A stretch of 64,000 nucleotides of DNA from Bigelowiella natans CCMP2755 (Eukaryota; Protista; Cercozoa): assembly GCA_000320545.1 (NCBI GenBank), contig ADNK01001812.1:8864-72863 (forward strand), in the 5' to 3' direction. Under the pieces are notes generated by a model. It searched no databases. It saw only the letters and a list, made by a program, of their open reading frames with translations, and was not told the DNA's origin. A program made the translations under genes and the position numbers. Of this stretch, positions 1 through 14,296 are shown piece after piece. The stretch's first letter is position 1; every line of letters begins with the position of its first letter.

Positions 1-357
1 CGATGAGAGGGAGGGCTATATTCCACGACAGCGCGAAGTGCTGCGCTCTTGGGGGGGTAAGGTTGGCGGAGCTCCCCCTGCTCCGAAAGAGGGGGAGGAG
101 GCCGACGATGCGAAGAGAGAGGTCGATCGAGAAGATGAGAATGAAGCAGACGCCACCAGCACGTCTCTTGGGGACGAAACAAGCGCTCGGAAACGAGGCC
201 GCGATGAAAGCGCGCAGAAGAGCGGGGAGGACTTAGCGAAGATAATGATGACAAACAAGACCAGGAGACTCTACGATCGTATGAAGGTATGCTTCGAATG
301 GGGTTCAGGAAAAGAACACCCCAGTCTGTCTAGACAGTATGTATGTAAATATATATA

Positions 358-391
<34 letters not shown>

Positions 392-617
392 TGTGAGGAG
401 TGTCTTGGGTAGGGAGTAAGATGTTACTTTTACAGCCTTTTGACCTTTTTCTGTGATGATTAAAAATGGAGCCCAACTTACGTGTTGTGTCATGTCTTCG
501 CAACAACAACAACAGTATGGCGAGGCAAGAAAGGAGGAGAAGAACGAGGAGCTGCGGAAAAAACGGCAAAAGCTAGAGAAAAAGAGCAGCAGCAAGACGA
601 AGAAGACCGCCTCCTAG
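1..617 (+). CDS. PES1: Pescadillo/NOP7 ribosome-biogenesis protein, last two exons (<1-286, 516-617)
   Basis: Seen: spliced translation ...EGYIPRQREVL...DLAKIMMTNKTRRLYDRMK|YGEARKEEKNEELRKKRQKL...TAS*, with a GT-AG intron at 287-515 and TAG at 615-617. Knowledge: the GY(I/V)P and MMxxKxRxLYxxMxYG motifs match the pescadillo C-terminus. Confidence 0.85.
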
Positions 618-829
618 TTGCAATGATGCTGAGTGCAATCATGGGTTGCAGCGGTGCATGATTAGATGCGAACAATGCCCCTCTGAGATTGAATGACAAC
701 GCCTAAACGTATAATGTCAAATTATTGATAGTTCGTGATGTTGACAAACAAAAATTGGTGCGTGAACATGTGAGCTGCGTGCGCATGCACGTAACCAATG
801 GGAATGAGCATCACCCGTCGAGTTGCTCG

Positions 830-2260
830 ATCCGCGCCTGTCTAGCTGTTCGCAATCTAGGTAGCTAGCATAGATGTATGTTATATATAATGTGCGCGAT
901 GCATGCAGGTTTTTGATGTCAATATCATTCGCATTTACTGGTGTATGTGCACCAGTATGATAGAGCATCAGGGAATTCAATATTCGATGTTGGACATCGA
1001 ATATTGACCATTTGGAAGAATAGTCAACGCGTACATTATTTGACGACTCATGAAGGAAGAAAGTTGAGATATGGCAAATAGGTGACATGCGACAAGTATT
1101 GCTAGATTGGAAGGAAGATTAACTTAGCTGAAATAACCTAGAAACTTGTTTAGTTATGAATGAACAAAAGTAACTATATATTAAGTAGACAATATTGAAA
1201 GAGAGGCGAACTTGTGGCGCATACATGAGAACTTCATTCACAATACAATCCAACAGCTCCTGTGTCCACCATCCTACTTTGTCATTTGTGTCTGCGTCGA
1301 TGCAATGCAATTGAAAAGCACGCTGCTGTCACATGCATCATCAACGACAGCATGTAACAGGTTTTGCCATCTAGCCATCCCCAGATCCTTCCGCGCACCG
1401 AGCTAGCGAGCAAGACTCGTCACTAGACGAAACAACTCGTGCTAGCATGGATCGACACGAACGACGAAACAAAACGACTCATGTACGCAAAAGTGGAAAT
1501 GACAGCGTTGTGTTCCGCACGTACAGCTCGACACATGCGAGCCATTGGATTCACATGCATGCATGCATGCATGCCATCTTATTAGCTGAAACATGCAAGC
1601 ACATTTTTAACGCTGCAGCCGCGGCTTTGAGCTACGAGCTTTGCTGTTTTGCACAGCTACATCGCAGGATGACAATTGAACAAATTTGACTCATTCATCT
1701 AGCTAGTCTACAATTAAGTCATCAAGACATTCGTGCATGCAACACCACGACATGCACGTGTTAGCTAACTAGACGTGTGCATGCATGTCTAGATGTGCTG
1801 TGTGCACAAGTGCACTACTAGCTAGCTAGGTGTGCATGTGCAAATCATGTGTGCATGTCGCGGACATCACTGCCAGATGTCAAGGGAAAGCATCGACGCA
1901 AGGTTAATAACTTTCTCAGGTGTGCCCAACATTGTTGATCGCATGCGCGAGCGCAACAAATTAGAATCACATGACTAGACTGCATAGTGGAGACTGTGAT
2001 GCATGTGCTATGCGCTCAAATGCAAGGCATGCCGCGGCGCATGCATTGCGTGTCATGCACATATGCTAGTATGGGATGAGGTGCGCTCCTCGCACATGAG
2101 ATCCATCTTGTTACCAACAAGCTAGCAAGCGATGCAGCTAGATTTGATTTGTTCTCAACTACGTTCATGTTTTAGCGGCGAACCACACGCGCGCAATGTG
2201 CTTGCTAGCTTGCATGCACGCATGCACGAGAGAGCGTGATGCATGGCATGAACTCTAGCT
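830..2260. other. CTAG/CATG/TGCA-enriched intergenic spacer between convergent 3' ends
   Basis: Seen: about 22 CTAG by manual count, runs such as catgcatgcatgcatgcatgc (1554-1574) and ctactagctagctagg; no credible ORF. Confidence 0.75.
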
Positions 2261-2490
2261 GCCACCCAGCAATATGCATGTACGCAGTTGGTAGCTGTGA
2301 TAATTCTGAAACGGATGACCTAGGATCATCATAGCAAAGGTCATAGCAAAGGTAACAGCATGCGAGCATTGTTCCAAACTTTTAGTGTGTGAGAAAGTGC
2401 ACAACACAGACAACACTGTGCGTGCGAGTTGTATCAAAATGCAATGCCATCTAAAACCACAAACGCTGTTGGAACCCATAGCAAGAGCAA

Positions 2491-2750
2491 TTAACGTCTT
2501 AGCCTTCGCGACAATTTACTACCAACCTGACGCGAACCCCGCCGTTTGTACTCGGTGGTTGTTGGCGAGGGAGAACGGGATCTCGGCTTGGATTTTGCTG
2601 CCTTTTTAACAGGCTCCGGCAGCCTCTTTACCTTCGTGACGAACGTTTCCGCCAAATCAGCGTACTCAAGTTCCCCCTCAGCATCGTCCTTCTCTTCTTT
2701 TTCCGCGAAACACTGAGCAAACCTGAGCAAAGCATACGAAGGAAAAGGGA

Positions 2751-2799
<49 letters not shown>

Positions 2800-5087
2800 A
2801 GAGAGAAAATCAACGATCACGACCTGAGATGGCTAATAGAGAGGTACAGTGAGATGGCTAATGGAAGAACACCCGTATTTCAGGTCATTTCACTATTACA
2901 CACATGGCTCTAAAGATCTGCTGATTTGTTTTTGTTGATTCAAAAATGTGCAGTGTCTTACTCCAAGTAGTCCAGCTGCCCATCGTTATCCGTATCAGCA
3001 TTATTGACGATCTCCGATGCATCAGCCGCACTTAAATCTATTTTCAAGTAGCGAAGTGCTTCCATCACCTCCCCAGCCGACAACTACGAGGTGACATATC
3101 CACCAAGGAGAGAGAATTATAGTTCAGATATTGACCCTTGATAGTGTACGGTGCTCTCAGCGGTGCGCTCAACGGCGCAAACGATTACTCGTTTCCGCAC
3201 GAGAATCTGTATTGATGCATGCTGGATCGCGAGTCTACTGAGCACGCTTCCAAAATCACTCTATGGGCAACATGACTGAAAATGGCTCTCAGGAGACATT
3301 GCGCGAGACGATCGAGAAATGCTTTTGTATTCAACTGATCTCCTCGTTGCCCCCCCCCCAAAAGCATTGGAAAACCCTCTACAATGACTATTCAAATGCA
3401 AGCTCTACCACGCCGTTGCCGCTGGTATCGAATTTTCGGAACGCGTCTATAAGCATCATGCCGCTCTTCTGCAGCGCGAATTTGAAACGAGCGACCTACG
3501 CAGCACCCAAAACCAATGAATAACAAACAGCCTCGTGATCATGCATGTATCAAGCTCCCCTCCCTCCCTCCCCCCCCTTCCCTCTCTCTCTCTCTCTCTC
3601 TCATACACACACGCGCGCACACCCAAACAACTAAAGTTATTCACTCCTTTACCTTGAGACGATATGCAAGTAGTGAATATTCGTCTGGTGTGGTGAAGAG
3701 TATCTTAAGAGGAGTGTCGTTGTACTCTTTCCTGTCTCGGCGGCGGCATGCCAGTGCCGATTGGAAGAAAGTTTCGCGAGATTTCTCGGAGTTATTCTGC
3801 AATCAGACACATGCTGTATTTCAATTGCACATTTATGATAGCAATCACGAGCTCGCGTAACAATGACAATACTTTAGCATTGCTATCAAGATAGTCGAGA
3901 AACCAGGCATAAAAACAGGGTGACATTTTTATTAATTAGGGAAGAACAGCCCTGACTTCGATCTCTCTCATGCTGCAAAAAACTCCTCTCACCTGCAACG
4001 CCTGCAGCAAAGCAAATGCTTCCCGCGAGCGCATATGCATCGAACCGTCGAGGAACTTGAGGCATCTCTTATTCCGAAAGTACTCCGTTGTCGCTTTAAA
4101 TGGAAAGTTTGGAGTGCAGTCCAAGCGCCCCCCCTCTAAAGTCTCAATGGCCAACGCGCATTGCGATCCAAGGACGGGGTGCTTGTGATGGATGTAAAAT
4201 CGAGCCGACTCAGCCTCCGCGAGAGTCGCTACAACCTAGAAGAAAGCAGAAGGGAGAAAAAAGCACATATCGACGTTGATAGGAAATACTACTCTTTGCT
4301 GGTTCCAGCGTGATGGCCTAATCGAAGGCTAAATTCAAGCATCGGACTATGCAACGAGCCATTCCGACAAGCAAAATGATTTCCCCGTGCATAAACGAGT
4401 CATCTAACACCCCCCCCCATCGCTACTACCTGGTAGCGGCCTTCTTGCGCTGTTTCAAGCATTCGCTCTCGGATCATCGTGTTAAACTCGTTGCGGCAGA
4501 TGTCTCCAGAGCGATCGATATCGACCAAAAGCTGAATGCGCTTTCTGAGCACACTGCCCTTCTTATACCTTAATATATCAAACCGTTTGGGTTGTAGGTT
4601 TGTACGAGCCTCTACCCGCCCTGCCCCCCCCCCTCCCATCCCTTCCCCCCTCGTAATGCTAGTCGCCTCTCTCCTAAGCGTTTTCCGTGTTTCTAACCCG
4701 ATCGCTTTGAGAATGTCCTCGGCCTCACGGAACGATATGCGATTCGAATCATCCTGGTCCGCCATCTGCCGACAATTATCGAGGAGTAGTACGTGGACGT
4801 GTAAGCGATGATGTATCATATATCAATAACATTTATTGTTCTTAACATTTGTATGAACAATCTTCGGTTCTTCAGTGGGCGCGTACACCTTGAAAGCGAC
4901 GTCAATTGCTGCTTGCTGCTTTGAAGAGGGTGCCCCCGGAGCAATGCGTATGTCCTGAAGCTTGTATCTATTCGGAATGAGATCGAAGAATACGGACACG
5001 TTTTTCAGCTTGCGCTCGCCCATTGTTTTCCATTTACGCTTGTAGAAGTTTTCCGTGACCTTGCATTATGATATATAAAACAATATA

Positions 5088-5127
<40 letters not shown>

Positions 5128-5185
5128 GTATCAATAAGAAAAGGTGTAGGGAGACTACGTTTTGCGGGGGGAGGGGAAAGGCAGG

Positions 5186-5229
<44 letters not shown>

Positions 5230-5680
5230 CAAGGAGAGAGGCAGAGAGGCTATTTAACGGCCAGTAAAACAACTAGACCGGATATCTTTTGTGTTGTACA
5301 TATAAAGATCGAATTCTCGATGCTTCTATTACTTATGCAATGCTTTGTAACCTACACAAAAGTGAAGTACCTTCAATGAGGAGGGGAATACGAGCGGTTT
5401 TTTCGTCGGAAGTGCCAGTTTTGAAAGCGGGTAGTATGGCAAAGCTTTCTCTTCCTTCTCAGAGAGCGCCTCCGGATATTTGCACAACTCTGATATCTTC
5501 CAGGGGATTTGCTTTTCCTTGTCGCGGCAATAGCTTACACGAGCTTCTTGTCTTCTCTGGGCCTCTTGCTGCTGCTGTTGCTCGGCCTCCTGCTCTGTCA
5601 CCATCTCCGCACCGAATTCATTGGGCGCATCATTTGCGCTCCTTCACATTGTGAGCAAGAGAGGGGGGAAAGAGGGGGAA

Positions 5681-5724
<44 letters not shown>

Positions 5725-5791
5725 AGAGAGGGTGCAATGCAATCGATTGTAATCAGATTCATACTCATGTCTACGATATTGTATAATACAC

Positions 5792-5830
<39 letters not shown>

Positions 5831-7448
5831 AGTGTGTGTGTTTGTGTGTGTGTGTGTGTGTGTGAGATCTAATCTGGTGGAAGAGGAAGAGGGAGTGAAG
5901 ATGGGGGGGGGGGCTCTTATCGAATCGATCCAGATATCATATGAAGAGACTATCGTACCCAGCAGCAGCACGCTTTATCGTCTCGAAGTCTCTGGCTGCT
6001 TGTGGCGTGGCGAGAAATCCCCTGAACTCTTTGCCGATGTCCCGAATCATCTGCTGTAGAGTAACAACTTCCGGGATGCCCTTGTCGACCTGGAACAGGA
6101 TCTTTTCGCGGAAGACTTTGAGGTTTTTGCCAGCGGAGCCACCGGCAGTGAATACAGTGAAACCCTATTGCGGAATAGCACAGGACGTTTAGGAGGAACT
6201 TAGTTCTCCCGGAGGATTTAGTGCTCTTATGTTTTGTAATTTTTGGCCTGCTGCATCGATAACCTACGCTGTTGCGAAAGATGTTGCGAAAGATATGGAT
6301 AGGAAAACATAGCCTACCGTCTCCGTCGTGGCCTTCTTTTGCCTTTGTGCAGATCTCTTCCTCTTCGTTTCCGGCACGTACTTTCGGAAATGGAAACTGA
6401 CCGAGGCCAAACCATTGCTCACCGTGTGCCCGCTGACGTTGCAGAGGCACATCCCCTCTGGAGCATAGAAGGCGCGAACATCTTCGGGGGATGAATTTCC
6501 TCCCAGCCAACCGGACGTCTCACCTGGGATTTCGCGCATACAATATGTTAGACGCAAGCCCGCCCCTCCTGACTTCGCGGTGGTTCTATGCTCTCCCATC
6601 TAGACATAGCACAGCTGCATCGGGGAGGGCTCGAGAGGGTTTGGGAGGGACGCAGCAATGCGAATGCATAGAGACAGCAGATCAATATTGCATAATATCC
6701 AAGTCTCTTCGTGGAAGGCAAAAACTAGCACCTTTGTTCGTCGTTAGCTTCACCGAATTCACATACGCCTGATCATTGGCATTCTTCGGTTTGACGGAGC
6801 ACGCCTCCACGAGGGTAACATACTGCCCTTCCGGGACCTTCCAGAGAACCTGCCGGTCCGCATAAAGAACATTTCTTACGACGAGAGTTTCATCTTTAAT
6901 TCAATCAGGTCAAAATCTTCCTTAACAAGGAATCAAGTGCGTGGCTTGGGGGGATTTAAAACTGTGATGGATTTGATTCGTGCTTGGGAGCTTTGAGACT
7001 AGTAAATACCCCTCGCCTTCACCCCATACATTATCACACACGTTTTCAAAGACTTCCCTCTGAAGCCTACGATCTAACCCTTAGCAAGGAAAGGAAACAT
7101 ATCCTAGCTTCTTGTCGCCCGGCAACGCAAAATCCACCAATTGCCATGTCCCATAGCGCAAAACAAAACTTTGTCCCATCGCACATCAAAATGATAAAAA
7201 CTTGGCATTAAAAGCTATGGCTATACTTTCTCCGCGCCGCCGTATGAAGGCCCATTCCAAGAGTGTATTGCGCTGTAGAGGAAAACATAAGTCAAAAAAT
7301 AAGTTTCAAGATGGAATGACCGTCGATCTTCCTTTCCAAATAACCCACATGGGGAAAGATAAAAGAGGAGACAAAGACGTGGCAGAGAGCGATGCACGCT
7401 TTGCTAAAATGAAGAGGGGCGGCAAGGGCAAGGGGAAGAAGCTTTGGC

Positions 7449-7489
<41 letters not shown>

Positions 7490-7885
7490 GGACGTGGAAA
7501 AAAAATGCTTGATCCTTTTGATGGCTCACTACTGTGCAGGGAAGGCAAGATTTTGATGGGGAAATTACTACCGTGCCTTATGGAAGGACACACCGATGTT
7601 ATCGACGTAAGTTTGTCTGAATCCGATTTTGATAGCTGTGAGCGGGTCTGTGGACTTGTAGTCAAACGCCTGAGGGCGAATAGGAAGGAAACAACGATTT
7701 TACTCATTTGTGCGTCGTCCAAACGTGTGACCGCAGATGTGTTTATTTGTGTGTGTTTTGTGTGAAAGTCTTTTCGTGCGCGGGGTTGTCCAAGTGAAAG
7801 TGCAGGCGTGCAAATGTCGTTGAGAAAAATAGGAGAGGCACACCACACACACACATACACAGATACACGCATGCATATTATATAT

Positions 7886-7934
<49 letters not shown>

Positions 7935-8890
7935 CGTATAATATGTGTTTGCGTATTAATACACACTTTTGTATAAAGCAAATACGAACGGCTAACAACG
8001 GACGTGGAAACGATTGGAAAGCTACGCAATTCACTATGCGATCATGTGCAGCACCTTAGTCCCCTTGCCTCCAATCGGCCCGAATATAATCTTACTTCGC
8101 ACTTCGTCATCTCCACTGGCCGCTCGGGTGCCAGCGACAACGTTTGTTAGTTCCGCAAAAGCCTTCTTGCGCCTTGTAAACAGTTGGGGGATATCTTTAG
8201 ACATTCGCTCGTATCTCAAACGACTAAGTATTTGCACAAATCTCCCTCTTACCTCTCTCACCCCGCCCCACCTCACTCTCTCTCTTTCCCAAAGACGAAA
8301 AGACGAATATAGAAGCACATATAAGCGTACACTGTGTATGCAAGTAAAACGTCGATAGCAGGTATACAGCACGGTGCGCAGCAAATACCAGATATTGTGG
8401 AGATTCTGAATGCAAAGCTGCATGAATTGCAGCTTCTCCAAAGCCATCGAATTCACGTATAGCCAAGCGGCCACTTTAGTCTGCCAATCTCCTCCTACGA
8501 CGAGGTAAATACATTTGATTTTCACAAGGAATGCCGATACAGCTGACTCCACATTTGTGTCCATTATTCTCCGTACTAACGGGTCATCCAAGATTCGAGT
8601 AAACTATAAGGCGCTTGCGCGAGCAACGATTGGAGAGAATAGAATCTTGGCTCTTGTAATCATATGGTGGTGTATTACCGGGTGACTTAACTTTCGCAAG
8701 TTGTTCCTCCATCAGTTTCTTGACCTGGGACAGGGAGAACACATACCACTTAGCTAAATCGGCTATACTATTAATCGCTATGCTGTCTGGTAAACATGTC
8801 TTGCTGCAGAGTTTCATTTCATTATCATAAATAATGAAGGATATGCAAACACATCCACGCACATACACACACATACACACACACAAATAA

Positions 8891-8931
<41 letters not shown>

Positions 8932-9079
8932 GGATATAATATTTACATATCTTTGCATAAATACATTCCACGGTATAATAAAAATCTATAAACCCACCTC
9001 TGGAATGACAACGACTTCCAATGTCTGGCCTTTTCCTGAGCACATAAAAATCATCACACACGCACACACACACACAGAG

Positions 9080-9122
<43 letters not shown>

Positions 9123-9437
9123 CACAATACACGCACATACGCATGTGCGCGCTGTATGCCTCCTTACCGATTCCACGCATTCGATACGCGCCCTGCGAGT
9201 AGTCACGAAATGTCAGATCTTTTCCCAGCGTAATAGCAGCCTTAGCACTCAGAGCTTGTTTGATGTCAATGCCGGTAGTATGGACTTGGTCATAGAAAGT
9301 AAATCGAGTTCCCGTGCTGCGAAAGGGGCGGTATGAGGCTGGACACATCTTTTCTACTTATTTATCGGACAGGAGCAACGTGTGCACCAGCAAGAAAAAT
9401 TTAAAAAACTCATATCTACACCTGTGTGCAGAGAGAA

Positions 9438-9479
<42 letters not shown>

Positions 9480-11866
9480 GCGTGGTTTTGACGTAGTCTC
9501 CGTAATACACCCGCGTGTATCCCTCCCTCCTGCCCATGGCGTTACCTCAAACCGCACTGCTTGAGAGGGACGGGTTGATCGGCGTCGCGGAGAAGAACCA
9601 TTTGCCTGTTGGGTCAGAGGGAAGAAGACGAAGAAGTGAAGTGTCAAGGGAATACGCGCCAAAGTGATATATTCCCACGTGTCGCTGTGAATCGTCCGGT
9701 TATGTCCGCATCTACCCTTCACTCTGGCCAGCACCCTCACACACTGTGCGTTTTTATATTCAGGCCGAGCCACGAATGCCTCACATCTTGTACCGTCGCT
9801 GTCTACGTGTGCTGTGGGAATGGGGGTTGTTACCTGTCGGAGCGATCTAAGTAAACGACGCCCTCCTTGCCATGCAGGCCCACCTGCGAAATAAGAAGCA
9901 CAGAATCAGCTCAGATATATCAGAAACAACTAGCAGCCGATGCGGCGAGAAGCTCATCGAAAGAACAACGAATGAGCAGGCCAACCAGAAGCTTTCCTTG
10001 CTACCATCACCATCGCCCTCTCCTTTCCCAGCAACGAGAAATAAAGTCATCGAGCTGCTACCTGTAGCATGTACTTCGCAACTTCCAAATTTGACATCCC
10101 AGTGACTAAAGCGCCGGTGTCGATGAGGGCATGGAATCCGGGCGCCTTCGCGGTGGCAATGTCCCTCAGGAGAGATTTCACCGTCCACCCGCTGTCTTTG
10201 AAGCTGACGCTCATCACGTCAGGGTCGCATAAAACGTTGATCAGCTTGCCTATATATTATATCGATGTATGTAAAAATACGACATGCGTGCGTGCGTGTG
10301 TGTGTGTGTGTGTGTGTGTTGCATCGTGTTGCTAACTGCACTATTCGCAGAAGAAGTGAAAACATCTCACCATCAGTCCCTTGCTCATAATGACACTGGC
10401 CGGCGTCAAGGGGCAATAGCGAGCTTGTCGTTCCAGAGAAACCTGATAGAGAGCGATCTGTTTAGCTTCGTGACGTGGTGTTGTGGATTTCTTTTGCTTG
10501 CATTGGACTTACCTAAACGTGTCTCGAATAAGATGTCGCCTGCGAGCTCCTGGCCGCTTGCAGAAAGCTTCGTTGTTTGATGGTACATGCAAGCTGGGAA
10601 CACCTTATGAAACAAAAGTCTTAGTGAGCACAACGTATTGCGTGTATGTTGGCTACTTGAGAAGACGCGGTAGAATTGAAGATAGGTATCGTTACAATGG
10701 AAGAGGAAGACGCGTGCGTGCGTGCGTACGTGTGTGATGTGTGTGTGTGTGTGTGTGTGTGTGCAATATCATAAACATACTTCCGCAGCAATTCCGCCTT
10801 TTCAACATATCACATTAAGCATTTCATCAATATAGCTGCCCCCCCCCCCCCCTCCCCCCACATCATGCTGTACATGCACCTGTGCCGTAAGGAGGTGGGT
10901 AATAACGGACGGCAACTTCCGGAGCTTCGTAAACACAGTTTCCATTTGAATGGGATCCGACGGTTGAAGAAGGGGCAGAGGCACGAGCTTGGCCTCATCG
11001 TCATCACCATCAGCATTTGGCATCTGACGGCCCGCCTTTTGCTTTCCTGCAACTTTATCAATCCACGATTGGAATTTGACTGTTGAAGGCCTCATCTCCT
11101 TGGGGCCTGTCTCGAAGAGCAGATCGCGTTTCAGCTGCGCAACGACAGCCTTGATGTCCTGCATTCGCAAGCCGCTACGGTGGAGAAAACATTGATCAGT
11201 TTTGGAGGGCCGGGGGGGAGTGGGGGGCGGTGGGGAACGGGAAGTCAGGAAAGGCGAATGAAAGACTCATTTTAGACCCAAGTGTTGCGTGTGTGAGAAG
11301 CATCTTCAGTGAGACGGCACATCAAGCCATCAACTCTGAACGCGCACCACCTGTATCTGTACGCGAGAATCGTGAGCCCGATGAGGACATCTGGGTGGGC
11401 GAATTCCGACCCCGCCGAAGGAACGTCCTTCCCCACGAACGGGATTGCGGTTTTCCAGCGGCTGCCAAGACTCTCCAGGTCACCGCCTCGGCCAAGGTGG
11501 GGGATGTCACCTGGAAATAGCAGGCCGTACGACACACGATTGATCTTGCTCAGCACGTGCGGCAGGAAGCTGCGGAGCCATTCATTTCCGAGGTTCAGGA
11601 GCTGCATTTGCTTGGGTTTGAGTGTTCGCATGAGCTTAGCCGCTATGGTCATCTCTGCTATGGGGCCATTGAGAATGTAAGCGAGGATGTGTGAGCTGGA
11701 AACCCCGTCAAACTTATTCTGAAGGTACCTGGAGAAAAAAGTGAGGAGTCAGCGCTTGGGCACAGTATATATCGTGTGTGATACGTCTCATCTCCATATC
11801 TAAAAATGGATTTGATGACACGTTATTTAGAGAAATATGCACGCACGTACGCAATCACAGATACAG

Positions 11867-11906
<40 letters not shown>

Positions 11907-12436
11907 TACATATTATGGCGAGTAACGTTTCTAAACACAACTAAATTACTCAAACGAATTCTTTCGTCAAACAATATACTCCAGCTTCACTTGGAGTATG
12001 ATCGTTGTACCAGAGAACAAGCCATTGCGCCAGAAGCCTCTTCAGGGTAGAGTGGTAGTACTTTGGTGACAGAAGTACAAGGTGCGGTGTGCTCTGGAAG
12101 CTTTTCTCACTGAAACGCACAGTCGTATTCAGCAATTATGAGCTAAACATCTTGTTCTTAGAAAAGAAAATAAAATGATCAGTTCTCGAAATGATTTGGG
12201 CGTTTTTTATAACAGACTAAATATCTGAATATTCAGCCAAATAATACTTAAACGTTTCTCACTAAATAATATATCATGGCATCACATTTTATGCACCTTA
12301 TTCCTTTTTGAATGGCATAGCTGATTTGCTGAGCCAGTTTTTTCCCGTGCTTACTCTCCGCTACAATAAAAAAAAATCATTCCAAAAAACACACACAAGC
12401 AAATAGAAAGACAAATAAACACATTCTACACCAGCA

Positions 12437-12483
<47 letters not shown>

Positions 12484-14257
12484 ACTGCCAAACCTAGAGC
12501 GGCGGAAGAGAGAGATCCTGATTTCGCAAAGAAAATCCCCTCGAGCAAGTGAATAGGTAGGTGCCATCGAGGGCCGAACAAATCAAGTCTCTTCTTTTCA
12601 CCCACGGGGAAATTGAGCTCCGAGCGCAGAGGATGCAGCAAAAGGTCCACCTACAGAGTTGATGTGCTGTATTAGAACACGGCTGACAGTGCGAACATCG
12701 ACTGGATTCAAACGACATAATGATGATTTCTGCTCTCCGCAACTCGACGAAGCGCCTTCACTTTCCTACCTCGTCCATTATCAAACAGCCTTTCCCCCAA
12801 AGAGCTACGATTCGGGAGAGCTGCTCGGCGACCGCATAGTTGGTCTCAACTTTAGTTAATAGAGCTCCTCTGGGCTTGGAGCACTTTGCGCAAAAATCCA
12901 AGCTCTCTATCATTTTCAGCATGAGCGACTTGACGCTTTCAGGCGTGGTGCACACCACCCCCCCGTCAACCCGCGCTCCGTCTAATTTAGCTGTGAAGAT
13001 AAGTAAGATAAAACCATAATGAAAATACGCTGTTACGAATATTCTGCTCGAGTTAAGGGATCAAACCGAGCTACAAGCACTAAATGGTCTTCAATGAGAT
13101 TTATAGTTTTTATCGATCCCCTCCCCTCCCCCCCTTGCCCCCCTCTCTCTAATATCCTCCATATTGAAATAAGATGTACAATTTTGTACCGTAAAGATCG
13201 GCTACAATAGCCGGGTAGTCTTCAAAATCGGCTGCCTTTTTGTCAGCTTTATCCTCCGACTGGGCAATGGAGAAACTCCTCGAGAACTGGAGGGTAAGAA
13301 TCCGCTTCTTCATCACGTGTGTAAATCGTTCTCGTAGCAGATCACGCGTCATCGCGAGCAAGGCCTCAGGGCACATAACCGTCACCTTTCCAAAATCAGC
13401 CGCCGAGCATAATCAGCACGTAAAGCTACATCGTGTTTGCTGTGTGATCTAACGCAACGCCCCACGATTAAAGGGATAATAAGAAAATTAAACTGTTAAG
13501 AGGATGGATCTGCTTGTAAGTTTATTGAACGACGTGCGGCGCAATTGTGCTTGTTTGCGTATGCACGCGTGCCTACGTGAAATATAATTGCAAACCGACC
13601 AAGCGACTGCGATCTGCCAAGATAAGCGCTAGCATCGGAGTCACAACAGATGTTTTCCCTGAGCCCATAACCTACCAAGAGCCATATTCGGCAAATCAGA
13701 GGAAAACATGTGTTTGGAGACGAATGTCGCATGAGCTTCCCCACATGCGTTTTCTCCCAGGCAATGCAGAACTTGGCAGCAGCGCACACACGTACACACA
13801 GACAAACACACACACACACACACATTAACATAAACGTAGCATATTCCCAACGCAACACAACACAGCTTGAGAACATCGAAGGAAGACTCACCATCTGCGA
13901 GACACAGGCCCGCTTGGCGTCCGCGAAAGATTGTACCAGCGCCACCTGCCTACTCCAGAGAACCATGTTGAAGACATACTCGAAGAGGAGGAATCTAGGG
14001 TCAAATACGCCGCCCGGTTTGATATACGTGCGCTCGCTCCCCAGCCAGGTCGCCACCTTCGTTGCCGCGCCGTTGAGCTGCTTCTCGACGTCGGAGGGGG
14101 AGGACCCAAGCGCCTGACTTCTGCCAAGTTGCACGCCCTTTAGCATGCGGATGAGCTTTATAGCGGCGGATATAGTTCGGTTGGCTTGGCCAATTCGGTT
14201 TGCTCGGAGCATCACCTACATGAAGCAGTAGTAGTAGTAGTATTATATAGTAGAAGA

Positions 14258-14296
<39 letters not shown>

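Noticed and set aside
2491-6200. A separate calmodulin-like gene
   Set aside because: The exons continue from the DUF3645 region with no evident stop, start or spacer, so they were treated as the giant gene's C-terminus.
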